In this document: positions 56,369 through 64,000 of the stretch, one piece after another | Position numbering within the stretch: position 1 is the first letter of the stretch | How the letters are laid out: each line of letters starts with the position of its first letter | Assembly: GCF_009914755.1 (NCBI RefSeq) | Contig: NC_060935.1 | Source of the DNA: the human T2T-CHM13v2.0 reference genome, Homo sapiens | Length of the DNA stretch: 64,000 bases | Direction: 5' to 3' (one strand) | Made by a program: the position numbers and the translations under genes | The notes under the pieces: generated by a model | The model's database searches: none | The model's input: the letters and a program-made list of their open reading frames with translations, nothing else | What the model was told of the DNA's origin: nothing

Positions 56369-57239
56369 AAAATAGGGAACTTATTCACATCATAAACCGA
56401 TGCTACTTTTTTCAATAGATAAGCACTTTAATTTTGGAAAATATAATAGAAACATCTCCTGGGGCTAAAAAATGCTTCCCAGGAGATACTGACAATACAC
56501 TAGTTTTAAAGTTTCTGACTTCACCATTCAAACAAATACAGATTAAAGGAAAACACTCTCTCTGGGAAGATAGCTAGGGAGATACCAAATTACAGAGGAA
56601 ATGCTGTAGCATCTTTCTATCCATTTGATGATTAATTTCCTGCTTTATTGGCTCTGACTGATCATGTGATTCATTCTGCCACCAGAAAAGATGAATGTGC
56701 TCACCAATAAGGAACATAAAGTTGAGGAAAATACTTGCTCAACATTGGATTCCCAACATCTAGCATATTCTCACCACATTGTAGTTGCTCAATAAACATT
56801 TGTTCAATAAATGAATGGACAAATGAAAGCAGAAAGGAAAGACCAGAAATCTAGACAGAGCACTCTCAGTGGAGTTGAGAGAAGTCAGCTGCAGTCCAGT
56901 GCAGCTGTTTCTGGATTCTGAAGCAGCAAACAGAGCTTTGCCAAGCTTACTGGGTGAACCAACTGCCTATAACAACACTGAACAGTGTTGTTGTAAATAA
57001 ACACACAGAAAGTACATGTCTGTCATGTTATATGCAGAAGTGTAGAATAAAAGAGCAACAGGATAAACATGAGCAAGTTGATTCCTTCAGCTCCTCAGTG
57101 TCTTAATGTTATGTTTTTCAATACACAGTTTATGGAATAAAATATGTGAAACCAGTTTGGTAGTTTGAGCAAGCTATCAGGAATCTCCAAGAATTGTTTG
57201 GTTGTTATTACTGATGTTTTCTTTTGATTTTAGAGGTCA

Positions 57240-57243
<4 letters not shown>

Positions 57244-57277
<34 letters not shown>

Positions 57278-57290
57278 CATATATATATAA
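57244..57290. repeat. (GT)n/(AT)n microsatellite
   Basis: Seen directly; only proto-repeats at about 9733 and 37921. Confidence 0.9.
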
Positions 57291-57644
57291 TGCATGTGTG
57301 TATGCATGTGTTACAGAAGACAAAAGGGCAGAAGGATCTAATGGCATGCAGGAATTATAGACACAGAGGACAGCATGGACAGAACTATCACTTAATCCAG
57401 AGGAGTAGTGAGCAATTTTGGCAGTGGATGCATGTGTGGTGTCTCCATCATTCCCCACCAGAAAAATTACACATTTCAGGAATTAATCCTCAACACCTGA
57501 AATGATCCTTTGCATAGATAACTTACTACTACAGTTAAAAAAGAATCAAACTACTGCCAAGGATATTGTTGCTATGATATCCTACTGCCAAAGATATCGG
57601 TGATCGATCTTCTGTAAGGCAGAAGATAATGGTCATCTACCACT

Positions 57645-58160
57645 ATAGTGAAAGGGGAAGTGATTTTGGGGATAGTAAACATAACAGTACATCAGAGTTA
57701 TTCCAGGTGGAGTGGAATAGTGCCATTCTCTAAGACTTAGATGAGGTGGTGGTCCCCATTACAACCCCATTTAATTCACCAGTCCAGGACCTATAAAACC
57801 CAAACAGATTGTGGCAGAAAATTGACTACCACAGTCTTAGCCAAATGGAAGCACCAATCTCAGCCACTGTCTCAGATGTGCAATTGTTACTGGAGCAAAC
57901 AGCCTTTAGTACTATGCACTGGCACTAATTTGGAAACGCATTATTTTCCACACGTATCAGGAAGCATGTTCAGAAGGAAGTTACCTTCTCTTAGCATGCA
58001 TATCATGAAACATTCCTAGTCGTTTCCAGGGCTATCTGAACTCTCCTCAGCCACTGTAGCCTAGGGGACCTTGAGCATCTGGAAACCTATAGAACACCAT
58101 TCTGGTCCACTATAGTAATGACATCACTGGACCTGAGGAAGAGGAAGTAGAAGTACTCTG
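57645..58160 (+). mobile_element. ERVL pol remnant, uninterrupted unit 3 copy
   Basis: VVVPITTPFNSPV, IDYHSLSQ..PISATVSDVQLLLEQ, QGYLNSP and HYSNDI. Confidence 0.72.
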
Positions 58161-58942
58161 TGGTAGTTTGTTACAGAAGCAATAAGAACAGGAAACTAGC
58201 GCAATACTCATGAAAAATAATGCCAAGTAACATGTAACACAAAGTGTATAGCAATATTGTGTATAGTAGAAAAATCTGGAAACTACTACAACATCCATTG
58301 GCAGAATCTGTTGGTATAAATCCTCTAAGAAGCAGACACCAAGATAGGATCACACATGCAAACATTTTTAGGGGGATTCCCATGTAAAATGAAATAGGAC
58401 AATGGGAAAAACTAGGAAAAATGTAAGTCTGACCCCAAGTCAAGAAGAGAGGAAGAGAAGATTGGGCAGAATCATGTGAGACTGTCATAAAGTAGAAGGA
58501 TGATTTGGCAAAGTTATTGAGAAATCCTTGAACCAAAATGGGCTGACAAATGAGTCCTGTGTCTCCCAGGTACGAGTCTGCCTTAGAATCCATTCTGCAC
58601 ACAGTCATTGGCAGAGAGCAGCCCATGGGAAGTGGGGTCTCAGAAAAACTACTGCAAAGGATTTCAAAGTGAGAAGCTCAGATCCTGGGTCATTTACACT
58701 CCTTGAAGGAGGCCTACAAATTCATTCGCATGACTGCTACACAGGTGAAGGGATAAATTAATTAGATTTTAATCACATAATGGAATATTATGCAGCAGTG
58801 AAAATGAATGAACTGCTACTATGACACAACAGAAAAGTTTTAACACAAGTAAAAATAAACATCCATGAATAAAATAGAAAAACATTTTTCATTAAGTTCA
58901 GTAACAGGCATACTAGAAAACATATGGTTCAGGGGTGCTTGT

Positions 58943-58987
<45 letters not shown>

Positions 58988-59096
58988 TGTGTGTCTGTGT
59001 GTCTGTGTGTCTGTCTGTTAAAGCTATAAATCGAAAAATAAAAAGATACAAAGAAACATTCATAATGTTGCTGTTTCCAGATAAGGATGAGGCTAA

Positions 59097-59421
59097 TTTA
59101 TATATTATATAAATAAATAAATATATATAATATATATTATATAAATATATATATTTATATTATATATTTATATAAATATATAATATATAATATATAATAA
59201 AATATATTATATATTTATATAAATATATAATATATAATAAAATATATTATATATTTATATAAATATATAATATATAATAAAATATATTATATATTTATAT
59301 AAATATATATTTATATAAATATTATACATTATACATAATAAAATATATAATATATTTTATATAAATATATATTTATATATGTATATACATATATACGTGT
59401 GTGTGTGTGTATATATATATA
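59097..59421. repeat. AT-rich low-complexity minisatellite with 40-bp units
   Basis: Identical 40-mers at 59201-59240 and 59241-59280, each containing a perfect 34-bp palindrome. Confidence 0.95.
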
Positions 59422-61876
59422 TTCTGGCTGCCATCCTGAGGTTGCCTTCTGATAGAAAGAAAAAGGCCTTCTCACGAGTGTCTTCTACCTGAAAGTTGTC
59501 ACCATTTTCTCTCAGCTTTCTCTGACACGTACTTACATTCTGTTTCTAGAAAGTCCCAAGGACAGAAGAAAATCATCTCTGGATTTTGTAGCACTGTGAG
59601 ACCCGGGTTAAATCCTCTTATTGATCACAAGTCATAGAGTATTTTCACGTACATTTTCTATTTCCATTCTCCTTATGGCCTGCAGAATCTAGAATTAGCC
59701 CCATTTATCGTGAGAAAACTAGGTTTCCTGCATCAAACCCAGGTTTTTGATTCCACAACTAATTATTCAGAAAAGGATACAAACTAAACCCATAGACAGA
59801 ACAACACAGGATGAACAATCCTTACATTTTAGTCACTTACAACATTTTTAAAATGATCTCTTCTGAAAAGATTAGCTCTTAATCTGACAGTGATGTGCCA
59901 ATCAATGTTGTATGTTTTTAGCTCATTTCAGTCCTCAGACACTGAGATCTTTACAAGTCCTATCCCCACAGGCCTCAGAAATAAAATGCCCCATTTGAAG
60001 CAATCAGAAAACCTTATGCTAGGAAGCAACCAGCCTTGCACCAGATGTGAAAAAGAAAGTTCTAAGATGAATCTAATAAAAAGCCTATGTTTTCATAATT
60101 AGTTATGCATTTTTCAATATCTGGAGAAAGCAGATGAATAATAAAGAGCATTATACAGAAACTTTTCCCCATGTCTGGGAAGCACATTGTATGTCTGGAA
60201 ACACACTAATTCCAAAAAAATTAATTCTGGAAAACTTCGTTAGTAACTGGATTTTCAAAGTTTTAATTTTTAGATTTTGCACTGTATAATAAACAGTATT
60301 ATAGTTCCAAATTTTAACAAAAGACAAGAAATCCACATAAATATATGCCATCCAGGCTTACATATTTGCTAAGTAATACATACTGAACTCCATCATAGCC
60401 TCAAAAATCACAGAAATTGAAAAACTTACCCAGAAAACAGGCCCAGGAGTTTGAATGGGTCATAGATCACAAAAAGCATAAATTCCAAGGGTCTCTGCTA
60501 TTCTGTTCCAAGATCAATATTAGGGATAGTGCTTAAGAACACAGACATTAGGTTCAAAAAGTCTAAAGCACTGTGGTACATATTAAAATAAGTATGTGTC
60601 GGCTACATACATAAACTAATGCTGAAATGGCTTAGAAGTAGAAAAACATGAAAACACATGATCAAGTCAAAATAAGCAATTACAGGGTATTAATTACACA
60701 ATTTACTATGTGATTTTTCTTCTAGCTGGACAATAATAATAACAAAATGGAAGGGTAAATTCAAATGGGACATGTTCATCAAAATGTCAAACTATATGAG
60801 CAATGTAAAGACCTAGAGTAAAGCAACAGCTAAATGGGAGATTCTTTCGAGATATGTTTATAAAAAAATAAAGAAAAAAAGCTGCAAAGTCCCCACAAAT
60901 AATGAACATTAACTAACATACCAGGAAAAATGGCTACAAACTTTAAGAGATGAGACCATGGAAAGTTGAAGAGTGATGATATCAACTTCAAATTAGTGAA
61001 AGGCATTTTTTAAAATGAGTTTAGACACATTATGCCACCACTCTCAGGTATTTTAATAATACACTGTTCCATTTCAAAGAAAAATTTAACAGAGTAAGAA
61101 TACAATGAAATATCACTAAATAACTATATAATGGATACAATTTTATTTAATTGTGAAAACACTAAATACTATTGAGGACACAGAAAAAATAGATCGCTCA
61201 TGTATTAGTTGATGGGATTGTAAAATAATACAGCCACTCAGGAAAACAGTTTGGCAGTTTCTTAAAAACTCAGCAGGCAACTACCATATGGCCCAGCACA
61301 CCCAGCCATTTATTCCAGTGAAATGAAGGCTCCCGTTTATATAAAAACCTGTACATGAATGTTCACAGCTGCTTTATTTGTAAGAGACAGTCACTAGAAT
61401 CAGCCCAGATATCCTTCAACATGTTAATGGTTAAATAATCTGTGGTACATACATATCATAACAACTTGGATTAATCACTTGGGAATCATGCCAAGAAAAA
61501 AGCCAACCCCGAAAGGTTATACCTGGTATGTATCCATTTATATAGAATACTTTAAATGACAAAGTTTTAGAAATGGAGGAGAGATTAGCTGTTGCCTGGA
61601 ATTAGGGATGGAATGAGAAAGGCATGTGGATGGGATGGGGTGGCTGAAGTTATAAAACAGCAGCACAAGGAATCTTGGTGGTTTGGGAAATATGTGGTGT
61701 CGACTGTGGTGGTGAATACAGGAAACCAAACAGGTGATAAAGTTTCATAGAACTTAATACAAACACACTCACACAAGTAAAGACTGGGAAAATTTGAACA
61801 AGATCAGTGTCGTGTCAACATCAATGTCCTCCTTGTGATGTTACACTGTACGCTCACGATATGTCACCAATAGGGT

Positions 61877-62364
61877 GTATCTGTTTTCTATTGCTGCTAT
61901 AACAAATCACAACAAAAATAAATGGCTTAAAACAACACAAATTTAACATATTATGGTTCTGGAAATCAGATGTCCAAAATAGGTCTCAAATCAAGTTACC
62001 AGCAGAGCTGTGTTCCTTTCTGGAGGCTCTAGGAAATGATCCATTTTCTTCCCCTGTTTCGGTTTGTAGAAGTCAGTGGCATTCCTTGGCTGTAGCCCCT
62101 TTCCTATCTTCAAAGCCAGCATCACAGCATCTTCAAGACCCTCACTCCACACTTCTGCCTCTTTCTTCTGTTTATAAGGGCCCCTGTGGTTATACTGGCC
62201 CTAACTGGATAATCCAGAATAACCTCCCCTTTCAAGGTGTGCCAATTAGCAATCTTAATTTCATCTGCAACCTTAGTTCTTCTTTACCACATAACCTAAT
62301 ACATTCACAGATTCCAGGGATTAGGATGCAGACATCTTTGGGGAATCATTAGTCTTCCTATCAC
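61877..62364 (-). mobile_element. MLT1 (MLT1C/D-like) MaLR LTR
   Basis: TGTAT...GCTGCTATAACAAA...GGCTTAAAACAACACAAATTT...CCTATCACA. Confidence 0.75.
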
Positions 62365-62394
62365 AGAAGGAAACTAGGCAAAGTGTGCAAGGGA

Positions 62395-62688
<294 letters not shown>

Positions 62689-62774
62689 AAAGTGTGCAAG
62701 GGAGCTCTCTGTATTGTTTCTTACAATACATGCAAATCTACAATGATGTCAATAAAAATTCAATTAAAAATACA

Positions 62775-63109
62775 TGTAGTAAAAATAGTTGCTAATCTAT
62801 GCTGGAGTTTACTTGAATGTCACTATGCTGATCGTCACCTTCAAGTACACACATATCTTCCATCATCCTGAGCTTGCCCTCTGCTATGTGTCTTTTTCCG
62901 CAGTTGTCTTCCACCTGACAGCTGTCACCATTTTCTTTGGAGCTCTCTCTTACATGGACTTACAACCTGAATCTACTGTGTTTCAAGAGCAAGAAAAGCC
63001 AGCATCCATATTTTGTGGCATTATGACTCTCGTGTTAAACTTCCTTATCTACTGCCTGTGAAATTAGGAAGTAAAAGAAGCTCTACAGTTAACAAGGAAA
63101 AAGTATTAA
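62775..63109 (+). pseudogene. Degenerate OR family 5 fragment (TM5 to C-terminus only), probably OR5BQ1P
   Basis: [19 protein letters not shown]...LNFLIYCL*N*EVKEALQLTRKKY*. No 5' half is visible upstream of the L1MC. Confidence 0.8.
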
Positions 63110-63589
63110 TACATGTAGACTGAGGGTAAATTATTAACACTGAGTGTCAGAAGTATCCTGTGGTGAGCGCCCTGCCATATTTGCTGATAGCATATTGGTC
63201 AAAGCAAGTTGCAAGGCCAACCCAAACCTGGATTCAAGGTGTTGGAGTAACAGGCTCTCCTGTCTGATGGAAAGATCTGCACCACTGCATCACGATGATG
63301 TGAATGTAACAAAAACTTGGGGACCATTTTTATAACCTACCACAACATGTTCTTACTAGAGTAAATTGTTTCTTAGCTGACACCCTAATCAGAATATGAA
63401 TCATCCTGCCACAGATGTTGATATGAGAAACAAACTGAATCTCTATAAAGGCACAATAATTTATATTTGCTCATTATTTTATACCCAGTGTCTACCAATT
63501 GTCAGGAATATATAAAGTGCTCACTAAGTAGTTGTTGAATTAATGAACAAAGAATTCAACAAATGAATTAATGAACAAAGTCAAGCCTC

Positions 63590-64000
63590 TTTGTTTGCCA
63601 GGAGGCTTTGGTCACTGGAAAGTCCAACAATGTGGTTTATGATGGGGCCTTTGGGACATGCCATATCAGTTCTGATTTCCAGAGAACGGGGGACAAAAGT
63701 CATTATGCTGATCCTCCAGAAAGGCTGGGAACTAACATCAATTACAGGAGCAGTATGCAATCGAGCCCTGATAAAAACCCTGAGCACCACAGGATCAGGT
63801 GAACTTCCTGGGTTGACCTGAAGCCAATATGTATGACAACTCCATGCATCAATTGCCATGCATTGATATGGCAAAAGCATGATGGAAACTTTATGTTTGC
63901 ACCCCTCTCAGACCTGGCCTTATGTTTCTCTTTGTTTGTTGGCTTAATTTGTATTCTTTGGCTATAATAAATCTATAATTGTATGTATAGTCTTAAACAA
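63590..64000 (+). mobile_element. Old LTR fragment (MER21-like)
   Basis: GATAAAAACCCTGAGCACCACAGGATCAGGTGAACTTCCTGGGTTG resembles recalled MER21 sequence. Confidence 0.5.

Larger units (their letters stand above)
49821..59096 (+). repeat. Tandem segmental duplication unit 3 (partial)
   Basis: Homology to units 1 and 2 ends abruptly at GATAAGGATGAGGCTAA (59096). Confidence 0.9.

Overview
Primate (human-like) genomic DNA from an olfactory receptor cluster. From memory of the proteins and gene spacing it matches the OR5AK locus on human 11q12, with OR5AK3P, OR5AK2, a fully disabled paralog (probably OR5AK1P) and a 3' OR fragment (probably OR5BQ1P). Most of the window (about 2.84-59.1 kb) is three tandem copies of an ancient unit of roughly 18 kb: upstream DNA, a single-exon OR ORF, an L1PA15/16-like element in the 3' UTR, an ERVL pol remnant and old L1M/Tigger1. 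Each copy later gained its own insertions. The clearest structural result is one integration site seen in three states: empty in unit 1, a full LTR1-type ERV1 provirus with a THE1 nested in its terminus in unit 2, and a solo LTR in unit 3. All three OR paralogs have lost the DRY-motif arginine through different changes at the same codon. I see no evidence for a new enzymatic or defence system; the interesting signals are evolutionary and regulatory. Repeat subfamily names and gene symbols come from recall, not database searches.
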